From positions 337,990 to 401,989 of the forward strand of contig NIVC01001776.1 in assembly GCA_002269645.1 (NCBI GenBank): a stretch of 64,000 nt of DNA, in the 5' to 3' direction. A program made the translations under genes and the position numbers. The notes under the pieces were generated by a model. It saw only the letters and a program-made list of their open reading frames with translations, ran no database searches and had not been told where the DNA came from. Source of the DNA: Macrostomum lignano. Its lineage: Eukaryota. Shown here one piece after another: positions 11,001-23,700 of this stretch (position 1 is the stretch's first letter; each line of letters starts with the position of its first letter).

Positions 11001-14000
11001 AAACCTAAAGACTACAAACCTAAAGAATACAAACCTAAAGAATACAAACCTAAAGAATAAAAACCTAAAGACTACAAACCTAAAGACTAAAAACCTAAAG
11101 ACTACAAACCTAAAGACTACAAACCTTTAGAGACTACAGACCTAAAGTCTTCAAACCTAAAGACTACAAACTACTCTGAGTTATAATCCAATTGTAATAC
11201 AAATATAACGTTTTGAGTGTCTCACTTGTCATGATATCGTCTCCCCTTGCCCGATCCAGTCTGTCCGAGTGACTCTGTCCAGAACGGGCTTTCCTGCCTA
11301 CACCACCATCTCCCAGTTTCTGGTGAAGGCTGACCGATCAAAGCTTGGCGGCGAGTTGTACTGTCGCTCAACAATGAGTTGGTCAATTGCTACTCTGTAC
11401 AGAACGTTCCATGTTAGCCCTTCAACTATAGTTGGTGAGCTAGATTGCGCAACACTGTGTCATATTACATGCCAACTTGTTTACAGCTTGTCTTATTGAT
11501 GAAGCGAAGAAATTCCCTGCTCAAATTTCTAGAGCCCTGTCAGGCGAGCATAAGTTTCGGCTTGAGTTCCTACTGGCTTGAGGGCGGCATTGAGAACGTT
11601 ACACTCACATCGCCGAATTGCGGCGCAATTGGTCACTCGTGCGAACTTGTCCAGAATGATTTGACTGTTCTGTCCAAGCTCAATAGAACTTATGTACGTT
11701 TTAACGATATTATTCATTTACAACATTTTATTACATCATGTTTTAAATTTGAAGTATTTTTGCTCCTACAAATACATTTATGCTCCTACACTGTAGGTCA
11801 TCGGTGACACCAGCACGCATCAACTGCAAGTGAGGCATTGGATGAGGAATCACAGAAATTGGCAAATTGTCTGCCGTGCCAACCAATCAGATCTCCATAG
11901 CAACCGAGTTTTAAGCCAAACTACCCCAATTGTGTTTTGTGAGTCATCTTCACATTGCCACATTGTTGGATAAGTGGCAAATTATGTTGAAGCTCCAGGG
12001 GGGTTTCACAAAACTTAAAAAGCGACCTTGACTGAGATCAAATTAAGCTAGATCTCAAAGAGTTTTTCCCGAAAGACGTTCTGTGTGGTAAACCCCCCGC
12101 CTCTAATGTCGGTCATAACTTGAGGGCACATAAAGGGTAGAACTCTCAATATGAATTATGAAGCGCAGCAGTCGTATTTTTGCAACTTTTGTCAAAGCTC
12201 CACATTCAAAGCACTTGATTTTCAGACAAAGGCAACCTAACAATACAATCAGCATCCAACGCTCTGAAATGGTCAGTGCAGATTCAAGAAGGTCGGCCTC
12301 AAATGTCAAACGTGAGCTGCAGTCTCACCAATGTGAGTCAACCTTGCAGAAGCTCTGATTCTAGATCCATTTTCTAAGATGAACTAAAAAGGCAAACATC
12401 CCTGGTGGCTATCTTGCAGGTAACAACGATCTCGACGTCCATCAGAAGCTACTCGGCCACGGTGAAAATCGTCTGCGTTGGCCTGCAGATGAAAAATGGC
12501 GACAAAATATTTCAAGTGACAGCGATAAAAACTATCGGAGGCGAACAGAATGCCCATAATGCTATAATAAATCATATGGAAGCGGGGAAGGGTAAGTTTC
12601 AAGGACTAATGAAAAGTATATCAATGACTGCTGGATGATAGTCCGCTTCAACTCTTCAAAACTTCAAAACCGGACCTGATGCTTCAAATAAAGTAATAAA
12701 ATAATAATGATAATGATAGTAATATTCGCTTATCTCGTACACCTGTCTCAATCGGGCCAGATGTGCAACCGACAGCTCAGCCGCAGCTATTGCGCAGCGC
12801 ATCTGAAGGCTGCGTACGGCTGTTCAGTCCAAGGACTGGGGGGTCGCCACACTCACCCTCAATTACCCCAGCTAATGCTGGCACCCATTTTACAGCTGGG
12901 TAAACTGAAGCAATGCAGAGATAAGTGTCTTGCGCAAGGACGCCAATCGTTCCAAGTGGGTCGAGAATCGAACCCCCGACCTTTCAGTCGGTAGTCCGAC
13001 GCTCTAACCACTAGGCTAAAACCCCCTTGAATGGCACCCTAACACTGTTATCTGAGAACGACAAAATTCAGTGCGATTCTGCGCGAACTTTGAGATCCAG
13101 TCCTTAGAAATCTTCATTTTTTAGCCCAACGGACGGACCATTGTACTTGAAGGGGTTGTTATTGGATCTCGCGGCGTCTCTAAACAAAGTTATCAATTGC
13201 AGTTGCTTTAAGTCGAACTTCAAGCGATGATTCCCCGTAGGTCACTCGGAGCATTATGCCTTCGAAACCGTAATACTACTAGTGCGTGCGAGACCTAACA
13301 ACCTGTCCTAATTCCCTGGCACCCTAGTATGACGGCCCCTAAACCTTACAGCCTCCCCCAAAGCAAAAACCAAGACCCAACACTAATCCTAAATTTCGCT
13401 GAATAAAAATCAACAATTTCAGAAAACAGCTTAAGCCAAAACACGCCAACTACGTGCGATACTCTCCGTCTGGTTCTGTTCACCACTGTGGTCTGCGGTT
13501 TGCTCAGCGTGGCCTCCGTGATTGGCTGTGCCACCATTATGCTCCGGCGAGCTGCGGCAGTAGCGGCTGTGAGTCTGGTTTCCTGGAATTTGGTTGCGAA
13601 AATAATTATTCTTAGGAGGCAAGTAGGCACTCTGGCGCAAAACCTGATACTGGGGAGAAGCTACTAGGGAGAAGCTACTGGGGAGAAGCTACTGAGGAGA
13701 AGCTACTGGGGAGAAGCTACTGAGGACAAGCTACTGGGGAGAAGCTACTGAGGAGAAGCTACTGAGGAGAAGCTACTGGGGAGAAGCTACTGAGGAGAAT
13801 CTACTTAGGAGAAGCTACTGGGGAGAAGCTACTAGGGAGAAGCTACTGAGGAGAAGCTACTGAGGAGAAGCTAGTGAGGAGAAGCTATTGAGGAGAAGCT
13901 ACTGAGGAGAAGTTGCTGAAGAGAAGCTACTGAGGAGAAGCTACTGAGGAGAAGCTACTGGGGAGAAGCTACTGAGGAGAAGCTACTGAGGAGAAGCTAC

Positions 14001-16024
14001 TGAGGAGAAGCTACTGAGGAGAAGCTATTGAGGAGAAGCTACTGAGGAGAAGCTACTGAGGAGAAGCTACTGAGGAGAAGCTACTGAGGAGAAGCTAATA
14101 GAAGCGCCTACTGTGGGGAAAAGGTAGTCGAAGCGGTTACTGGAGGAAAGTTGGACGAAAAATGTCCGAATATTTTAATCAAAAGCATCAATGCAAACAA
14201 GCAAAACGCACTAAAGAGAAAGAAGTTCAGGCAAAACGCAAAAATAGACGAGTATAATTTGAAATATACGAGTAAAAGCATTTAACAAGATTTCATCGGA
14301 TGGCTATTTACAAGTGCGAGACAAATTAGTGATTTGTACAATATTTATTGTTTACCATTGATGCATGATAAATTCGGAAAGTAACTATTTTTCAGTAGTT
14401 GCTCGTACTTTAGCACTATAACAATAATTTTGGGTTAGTCACACCAGGAATGTTCACTTTGAATGTTAACTAAAGCAGAAGTTCGATCTACCTGTCAGTT
14501 CAAACAAAACTCCGTTACGTGGGCAGTAAATTTTCCGGTGTTTTGTCACATGATTTTACATAGAAATCCAAGCCAACGCAGCAATTCGTGTTGCATGATG
14601 CTGGCTTGCCTAAGATGGAACTTTCACTTTTGATTTAAATTTCGATTGCGGATAGTTTATAAGAATTCACCGACTCTTTAACTCGCTGTCATGTCTTGTC
14701 AGCTGACTTTGCGCTTCGTACTACGAGCTGCTATAGATAGTTTATTAGAGAGCTTGTTTTATTAGCATTTAAGGTTGTTTGTCTAATTTGTTTAGTTCGG
14801 TTGCTTATCCGGTTTCGCGAAGCAATAGTTGAAATCGTTTTTAACTTATCAAAAACATCTGTGGTCACTGCAGCATAGTATTACAGTTTGGTCTCAACCC
14901 GGTACTGAGCTGAGGTTACTGCCTCCCAAGTGTCTCAACCCGGTACTGAGCTAAGACCTCTGCCTCCCAAGTGTCTCAACCCGGTACTGAGCTGAGGTTA
15001 CTGCCTCCCAAGTGTCTCAACCCGGTACTGAGCTGAGGTTACTGCCTCCCAAGTGTCTCAACCCGGTACTGAGCTGAGGTTACTGCCTCCCAAGTGTCTC
15101 AACCCGGTACTGAGCTGAGGCTACTGCCTCCCAAGTGTCTCAACCCGGTACTGAGCTGAGGTTACTGCCTCCCAAGTGGCTCAACTCGGTACTGAGCTGA
15201 GGCTACTGCCTCCCAAGTGTCTCAACCCGGTACTGAGCTGAGGTTACTGCCTCCCAAGTGTCTCAACCCGGTACTAAGCTAAGACCTCTGCCTCCCAAGT
15301 GTCTCAACCCGGTACTGAGCTGAGGTTACTGCCTCCCAAGTGTCTCAACTCGGTACTGAGCTGAGGCTACTGCCTCCCAAGTGTCTCAACCCGGTACTGA
15401 GCTTAGACCTCTGCCTCCCAAGTTTCTCAACCCGGTACTGAGCTGAGGTTACTGCCTCCCAAGTGTCTCAACCCGGTACTGAGCTGAGGTTACTGCCTCC
15501 CAAGTGTCTCAACCCGGTACTGAGCTGAGGCTACTGCCTCCCAAGTGTCTCAACCCGGTACTAAGCTGAGGTTACTGCCTCCCAAGTGTCTCAACCCGGT
15601 ACTAAGCTAAGACCTCTGCCTCCCAAGTGTCTCAACCCGGTACTGAGCTGAGGTTACTGCCTCCCAAGTGTCTCAACCCGGTACTGAGCTGAGACCACTG
15701 CTACCCTTAACCCTTGTCAAGTGAATTAAAAGTTTCAATTCATTACAACCTTTGGGCGGCAGAGCCACAAATTAATAACTATCCGCTGCTGTCCAAACCT
15801 CACTCTTCTAGAAGAAAGTGTCAACAGCAAAAGCACTCGGTGGCTGCAGACAATGCCATTGTCTGGCAGGTACGGTCAGAGCCGGTCCGCGGAACCAAGT
15901 TCTGGCAGCGGCGGTTCCACCTTCGCTGCGAGCATCCCTCAAGACCTGCACTGACTACGAAGACCCGGATGTGTACAGCCAGATTGGCAGCTGCCTGAAG
16001 TCGCCGTACGTCAATTATCTTTGA
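8032..16024 (+). CDS. Receptor A: 14-exon type I membrane protein (~702 aa); signal peptide, discoidin/GBD-like domain, 4 Ig-like domains, TM, Tyr-motif tail
   Basis: Exons 8032-8131, 8271-8459, 9039-9196, 9280-9346, 9439-9617, 10048-10183, 10265-10428, 11260-11434, 11533-11693, 11797-11938, 12226-12332, 12420-12591, 13423-13568, 15812-16024. All GT-AG with consistent phases, total 2109 nt. [27 protein letters not shown]; tail ...[23 protein letters not shown]. Confidence 0.8.
8520..9017. repeat. 39-bp minisatellite GAGACAGTGTGAGACCAGCTAGCATCTAATTAGCACTCT in intron 2 of receptor A (~12 units)
   Basis: Directly visible. The same unit sits in intron 2 of all five paralogs. Confidence 0.95.
10670..11170. 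repeat. 15-bp minisatellite AAACCTAAAGA(A/C)TAC in intron 7 of receptor A
   Basis: Directly visible tandem array. Confidence 0.95.
12705..13025 (-). mobile_element. tRNA-derived SINE, family 1
   Basis: Reverse strand has A box TAGCCTAGTGGTTAGAGC, B box GGTTCGATTC, body CTTCAGTTTACCCAGCTGTAAAATGGGT and an (ATT)n tail. Homologous copies at 16571, 52476 and 55822. Confidence 0.85.
13646..14100. repeat. 14-bp minisatellite GAGGAGAAGCTACT in intron 13 of receptor A
   Basis: Directly visible tandem array. Confidence 0.95.
14890..15700. repeat. 41-bp minisatellite (AAGTGTCTCAACCCGGTACTGAGCTGAGGTTACTGCCTCCC), about 20 units, in intron 13 of receptor A
   Basis: TGTCTC recurs at 14931, 14972, 15013 (period 41). 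Confidence 0.95.
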
Positions 16025-16570
16025 AATGGAACTGAAAAAGATTCTGCTACCTTACACATCAGACAGTAATCAATTTTTTATATTGAATTTTTGATAATCA
16101 TTTTTCTATTGGCCTGTAACTACTGCATCTTTATGTGGTGAATAACTTACGATTCCACTATGTTCTTTCAGTGACTACTGTAGTATAGTAGTCTGTCATT
16201 AGCAGTATTCAGGTAACAGTCATTATTTATCAAATAATTTCAACGAACTATTCTTATGCACCACAATTTTTCACTGTATTATAATTATTGCACCTAAACT
16301 TAACTATTTTATGCAACTAATGTAGGACACAATCATCCTACCATTCTATCACTTCCCTGTCGAACCAGTAAATAAACTATTCATATTCCAAATCTAAAAC
16401 TTTCAGTGTTAATAAGACTTGAAGGTTTTCGTTTTTTGTAAACTTTTAAGATAAGAAGTGTATGCTACACATACACAGGAATAGTGAGCATTTCCAGTCA
16501 AGCTCACGGTAGTTAAGGCTTCATATCAGGTCTCAGGAAACTTGGTCTAAAAAGTACCCCAATCAATGCT

Positions 16571-16790
16571 CGCATCTGAAGGCTGCGTGCGGCTGTTCAG
16601 TCCAAGGACTGGCCACACACATCCTCAATACTCCAGCTAATGCTGGTACCCATTTTACTGCTGGGTGAACTGAAGCAATGCAGAGTTAAGTGTCTTGTTC
16701 AAGGACACAAATTGTTCCGAGTGGGTCGAGAATCGAACCCCCAACCTTCAAGTCGTGAGTCCGACGCTTTAGCCAGCAAGCTACAACCTT
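16571..16790 (-). mobile_element. tRNA-derived SINE family 1, 3'-truncated copy
   Basis: Aligns by eye with 12810-13020. Confidence 0.8.
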
Positions 16791-17718
16791 AAGCTTTAAC
16801 AGGAGCAAACGATCAAATCAGAACACTGATTAACCTTATCAAACAAGAAATCAAGTCAACATCCTCCAGATCGTCGAGGCATTCAACGCTATCGAAGGTC
16901 AGATTATTTTCCAATATGCACTGCGCTTCAGTACGACCCTGCCAAGCCTTCATACTTCATCACAGGTAATCATTGCCAGTTGTAGCCGAGAAAAGACAAA
17001 ATGTAAGCGAGCTACAGTTGCAACTTAATTCGATGATCATTTCATCTGTTTCAAATGCCAAAACCATGACTTGGACAGAAAACAGTTCTGTCCTCTATCA
17101 GGGTCGCAGGGACGGTATTTGGCAGCGTGGCCCAAAGGCGCTTTCTTTAAAATTTTCCTGAAATGTTAATAATTTTTACAACGATGACTACGCTTTAATC
17201 AACGTAATTCCAAAGTGCATCAAGTGTTTACAATAAAATATTTTAATCTTGATTAACGGGCAATTAAATATGTCTGCCTAAATCTTGAAATTTAGCTAAA
17301 AATGAGTCATAAATGCCAAGAAGCAGATGCGGTCCAAACACTGCTTCGTAGTTGATAGTTCAGCTTCACCAAAGTGTAAACAATAGCGCGCCATCTCCAA
17401 AGCAGATTCACTAGCCTAGGTTGAAGTGGTGATCAAAACAGTTGAACTACATGTAGATTGTCCTCGCCATCATTTCGTATAGGCTATTCAGAGTGTACGC
17501 GCAGTTCTGTACATGACTAACCTCTCTTCGAGATAATTTATGCACAGGTACACCCTCTAGCCACAGAAAAATAAACATCGGTTGGGTAAGGCTTTCACAC
17601 TTTTAAACGCTGTATTTTCGAGGTAAGCACTGGTCCAGCAAGCTACTCGTATATGAAGCACTATCAAGTTTCGCTTATACAATTTAGCCCGACAAATCTA
17701 TTGCTCCAATTAAGTGGG

Positions 17719-20700
17719 ATGATGACTAAAGGTTTAGGAACAATTTTGTTATTAATGGCTTTATGGAAAGCTGAGGCTTTTGGCACTAAAAAATTCGGTA
17801 AGAATTTCGAATACGAGTAGCTTACCGAAAATGCAGTATCTGATGCTCATCTGTACAAGTTGTGAAGTCTTCGTTTCAGTGTCAGTGCTGCTGCGCAGGA
17901 CTGACGTTCTGCGCACCTGGCAACCCAGCGGTGCGCACTGTCGTTGGTGGGAGAGTCGGCAGTCAGAGACAAACCGATCCCCTGTTGCTGTGCGGTCCGG
18001 GCCTCGGTGGCTTGTGATGCAGCTGAGGCAGCCGATGCTGCTGCAGGTGGTGAGCGTGCGAGACTGGGGTAAGTGACGCTGACCGACTCATTCTCATGAA
18101 GCATGATGAGGCAGAGGGAGTTTGGGACACAGAGTGTGAGAGAGTGTGAGACCAGCTAGCATCTAATTAGCACTCTGAGACAGTGTGAGACCAGCTAGCA
18201 TCTAATTAGCACTCTGAGACAGTGTGAGACCAGCTAGCATCTAATTAGCACTCTGAGACAGTGTGAGACCAGCTAGTATCTAATTAGCACTCTGAGACAG
18301 TGTGAGACCAGCTAGTATCTAATTAGCACTCTGAGACAGTGTGAGACCAGCTAGTATCTAATTAGCACTCTGAGACAGTGTGAGACCAGCTAGCATCTAA
18401 TTAGCACTCTGAGACAGTGTGAGACCAGCTAGTATCTAATTAGCACTCTGAGACAGTGTGAGACCAGCTAGCATCTAATTAGCACTCTGAGACAGTGTGA
18501 GACCAGCTAGCATCTAATTAGCACTCTGAGACAGTGTGAGACCAGCTAGCATCTAATTAGCACTCTGAGACAGTGTGAGACCAGCTAGCATCTAATTAGC
18601 ACTCTGAGACAGTGTGAGACCAGCTAGCATCTAATTAGCACTCTGAGACAGTGTGAGACCAGCTAGCATCTAATTAGCACTCTGAGACAGTGTGAGACCA
18701 GCTAGCATCTAATTAGCACTCTGAGACAGTGTGAGACCAGCTAGCATCTAATTAGCACTCTGAGACAGTGTGAGACCAGCTAGCATCTAATTAGCACTCT
18801 GAGACAGTGTGAGACCAGCTAGCATCTAATTAGCACTCTGAGACAGTGTGAGACCAGCTAGCATCTAATTAGCACTCTGAGACAGTGTGAGACCAGCTAG
18901 CATCTAATTAGCACTCTGAGACTGTGTGAGACCAGCTAGCATCTAATTAGCACTCTGAGACAGTGTGAGACCAGCTAGCATCTAATTAGCACTCTGAGAC
19001 AGTGTGAGACCAGCTAGCATCTAATTAGCACTCTGAGACAGTGTGAGACCAGCTAGCATCTAATTAGCACTCTGAGACAGTGTGAGACCAGCTAGCATCT
19101 AATTAGCACTCTGAGACAGTGTGAGACCAGCTAGCATCTAATTAGCACTCTGAGACAGTGTGAGACCAGCTAGCATCTAATTAGCACTCTGAGACAGTGT
19201 GAGACCAGCTAGCATCTAATTAGCACTCTGAGACAGTGTGAGACCAGCTAGCATCTAATTAGCACTCTGAGACAGTGTGAGACCAGCTAGCATCTAATTA
19301 GCACTCTGAGACAGTGTGAGACCAGCTAGCATCTAATTAGCACTCTGAGACAGTGTGAGACCAGCTAGCATCTAATTAGCACTCTGAGACAGTGTGAGAC
19401 CAGCTAGCATCTAATTAGCACTCTGAGACAGTGTGAGACCAGCTAGCAGCCAAGCACTCGTGTTGCAGATGGCCAGTGGCACGCAGCAGCTCCGGTCGGC
19501 TCGCCCGTGTCAGCGGTCGGAGCCTCGAGCCTCCCGCTGGAGCTGCAGCTGGAGGATCCGTGCCGCGCGAGCTGGGAGGCCTTGAACGGTAGCGAATTTT
19601 GGATGCAATTTAATAGCTCTAACGAGGTACGTCATAACTATTTATATTTGAGGCTGGTTGTTTATGCGTTACTCGTAGAATAGATTTTTAGCATGTTTGC
19701 CTTCTTGTTTTTTTCAGAAACCGATATCCTATATTCGTCTGTCAAGTTCAAAAGAGCTTAGCTTTTCTCTAATCTGTATTTACGGTAGGAAAATAATTTT
19801 TAATCTAAGCGTATTTGAACTTTTAAAAAACTGAATATGTTATTTTGAAATTTCATCTTGATCCGGTCGAACGCACAGGCTACAAACCGACCTTGAAACT
19901 CGACCCACACGATGCAACAATGACACTCTTGAAACTGAAGGAGGCAAAAACTGTAACTTTCCATCTTATGGATTTAAGTTCAAGAGTTCAATCTGTTTCA
20001 TGCTTTGTTTGTCGCAATCAATTGACTTTGAGGAGGGTTGTCGTTGTCAGAGAACGGGTAAGAACCTGTGTTTGTAGCTATTATGTGACTTGACTTTCTA
20101 GACTCAGCTGCAGGGGTTCCGGGCATCGAGATACTCTGGAGAGTCCAGGCAGGAGGTGGATGGTCGCTCGCCCGGTAGCCCTTGGGTAGTGGACGAGCTG
20201 GCAAAGATTCTCGGGCCTGAAAACGTCTGAGAGGTGTCCGGGTTTGGGGCCAGAGGTTCACAAATTAAGGGCTTTGCATTCGCGACGCCAAAGAGGCGCA
20301 TTTCCCGCTACGGATTTTCCCTGGAGGTGACAATGCTTAGCAAAACTGACTCAAACCCACCCTGACCGCCCTGATGTCCCTGCGGTTGAGTCCAAGCAGG
20401 TAGCTATTGTGTGTCGAACTCGATGATACTAGAACTCATTAAGCCATTCTGAAAGCTAATCAGTTCATCGATCAAATCTATCCAGTCACAGGCTTTTCCT
20501 AGAAGATTTTCGTTTAAGCTCAAGCCAATGATGAGGTGGCAAGGTTCTGAGCTAATCTGTTGCTATGGAAACCTGTCCAGTCCGGATCGTGGCAACTGTC
20601 CCATTGTCAGGACAATTGGCGTGAAGTGTCAGTTTGAATTTTTCTTTTATTGTGTTTCAAAAGTGCATCAGTGATAGAAGAGAAACTGCATTTTTCGGCC

Positions 20701-23700
20701 ATTTTCAGTTGTGGCCAAGCGTACGGCACTGATCGGGGCTCTGTACAGTCATTCAGGGCTCTGTACAGTTTTACACCTATAAATCCATTTGTATGCACTT
20801 TTAATTGTAGTTCATGACGGAAGCTTCACTCTATCGGTCTCTCCGGTGTGGGTCTCGGGCAGGAAGATTTTCTTAGAAGCCGAAGCGCAGCGATTCTTTC
20901 CGGAGCCCAGGATTCAGTGTTCGATCAGGGCGGTGACGGAGCAGCCTTTGACAGTTGAGAGTCAGGTGAGGACAGGTGCACTGTCTTTGAGTGAGCGATA
21001 CCGCTGACAGCACGAGTTGGTCTTCAATCTGACCACCACACCACAACCCCAAGTTCCCAGTCACCGCGCCACCGCGTCACCGCGGCCTATCCTTACACAA
21101 AGCACACGTAAAATGCAGGTACCCCTCATTCTATGTCGTTTAACTTTCAGAAACGGTCTGTCGTGAAGGACAATGATAGCAGGGTTCTGCTGTCAGTGTG
21201 CTCAAGGTTCAGCTTTCACGCATCGCTCTCAATGCACGGAGGCCAAATTTTGTGCTGGGTTACTCTCACTGGGGATGAAGACTTGGTTGCTATGAAGTAC
21301 ATGTTAAATCACAGTCTAACTCAGATTAGCGGTGAGAAATGCGCGAGTTGAATTCAGACTTCCATATCTCAGTATTCTGTGTTACCTCTCCCATCACCCC
21401 TCACCCAGCTACCCCTCACCCAGCCACCCCTCACCCAGCCACTCCTCACCCAGCCACCCCTCACCCAGCCACCCCTCACCCAGCCAGCCCTCACCCAGCC
21501 ACCCCTCACCCAGCCAGCCCTCACCCAGCCACCCCTCACCCAGCCACCCCTCACCCAGCCGCTCGTTCGCACTGCAGAGCCGTGCCAGACGGCCGTATAC
21601 CTGGGCTCGAGTCCGCACTGGCAGGTGGGCCAGACCCGCCAGATCGCAGTGACCTCCAGCGCCTGCAGCATCTGGAACGTGAGCCACAGCTGCTGGCTGC
21701 TGCAGGCTGATGGCGCTTCACCCGTGCCGCTCCACAGAGTTGAAGTACGCTTGCACTGAGACTGGCCAAAGTGCTCAGAGAAGTGCAGAGCCTCACCTGT
21801 CCCAATCTGCACCCTCATTCGCATTGCAGCAGAGCAGCTTCAGCAGCGTTCACCAGCTGCTTGTGAGCAGGTCGATGGCTCACCAGAACTGGTCCGTTCG
21901 CTGCAGCGTCAACCAGTCAGGTGTGGTGTATGATGAGGCTGAGAGTCTGGAGCAGCTGCGACCGCCGATTTTCTGTGAGTGCCGGACAGTGCATGAAGCG
22001 AGTCCACTGTGAACGCTTTGCTTGAATGCGATTTCCAATTTCACTGCAGACCCGGCAAGCATTCGGGTAAATGGCACCGTTGAGAGCTCGCGACTGCACC
22101 TGGCTGTGGCTGCCTCCGACGCTCGGCCTCCGGTGTCATCTGTTGTCTGCCAGATCGCAAATTTCACTGTGGGTGTTTGATGCGAGCCCGAAAGAGGGCC
22201 GAATAAGCGCGCATGACATTAGCGTGCAGATGTATCTTTTTGCTATCATATTTTCTTTTCAAAGTTAAAATGCTGTGAGGAAAACGTTGCTTAAATGCTT
22301 ACGAGGCGCTGACTAGAGAACCCAGGTGATTGACTAGAGAACCCAGGTGATTGACTAGAGAACCCAAATGATTGACTAGAGAACCCAGGTGATTGACTAG
22401 ATAACCCAGGTGATTGACTAGAGAACCCAGGTGGTTGACTAGAGAACCCAGGTGATTGACTAGAGAACCCAAATGATTGACTAGAGAACCCAGGTGATTG
22501 ACTAGAGAACCCAGGTGGTTGATTAGAGAACCCAAATGATTGACTAGAGAACCCAGGTGGTTGACTAGAGAACCCAGGTGGTTGACTAGAGAACCCAGGT
22601 GGTTGACTAGAGAACCCAGGTGGTTGATTAGATGATTAGAGAACCCAGGTGGTTGATTAGATGATTAGAGAACCCAGGTGGTTGATTAGATGATTAGAGA
22701 ACCCAGGTGGTTGATTAGAGAACCCAAATGATTGACTAGAGAACCCAGGTGATTGACTAGAGAACCCAGGTGATTGACTAGAGAACCCAGGTGATTGACT
22801 AGAGAACCCAGGTGATTGACTAGAGAACCCAGGTGATTGACTAGAGAACCCAGGTGGTTGACTAGAGAACCCAGGTGGTTGGCTAGAGAACCCAAGTGGT
22901 TGATTTGATGATTAGAGAACCCAGGTGGTTGATTAGAGAACCCAAATGATTGACTAGAGAACCCAGGTGATTGACTAGAGAACCCAGGTGATTGACTAGA
23001 GAACCCAGGTGATTGACTAGAGAACCCAGGTGGTTGACTAGAGAACCCAGGTGACTGACTAGAGAACCCAGGTGATTGACTAGAGAACCCAGGTGATGGA
23101 CTAGCGCCCTTCTTACCCAGCCTTATTTAACCTAATATTTTAGACTATTCTGATTCTAGCAAGACTTGAACCGGCCAGGGAGAACTGCACTGACTTGACG
23201 GGAAAGCTGTAGCATAGGCCTGTGTCTTATTATTCTAACTTAAAGCCGTAGCTTTCAGATGCGCACTTGCGCCAGACTCGTGTGTTTGAGATGTGCTGCT
23301 TGCGTCGTGAGCGCCAATGTAATCTATTGGTGGGGCAATGAGTGCAGGATTGAAACCCCATCGCATCTGCTCACCAGCCAGCCCCTGTAGGACAATGAGG
23401 AGAAATGTGAATCTTGAACTCGATGTCAACTTGAGCACCGGAATGGAACCAAGCGCTCAGCTGTGGACCAAGCTGACTCATTGAACAAAATTCAAAGTCA
23501 AATCTCAATAACTGTCTTCATCCACAGAGTGTTCAACTGACGCGGATGCAAAACAGCCACACCTGGCAGGCAAACGGCAGCATTACACCACCAGCATGTG
23601 CATCGCTGAATAACGAATTGAATTTTCTCATCAACTGCACTGCTCAGCAGGACTTCAATGGCTCGACGATTTTTCAAACAAGCGATCAGGTCTTTCGAAA

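Noticed and set aside
12900-13025. tRNA genes at the A/B-box sequences
   Set aside because: They continue into shared repeat bodies with simple-repeat tails and lack a full cloverleaf, so they are SINE heads.
13346-13630. Minus-strand ORF as a gene
   Set aside because: It is the antisense shadow of the receptor A transmembrane exon.
8520-19447. 39-bp, 41-bp and other regular arrays as CRISPR arrays
   Set aside because: Units are head-to-tail with no unique spacers, there are no cas genes, and they lie in eukaryotic introns.
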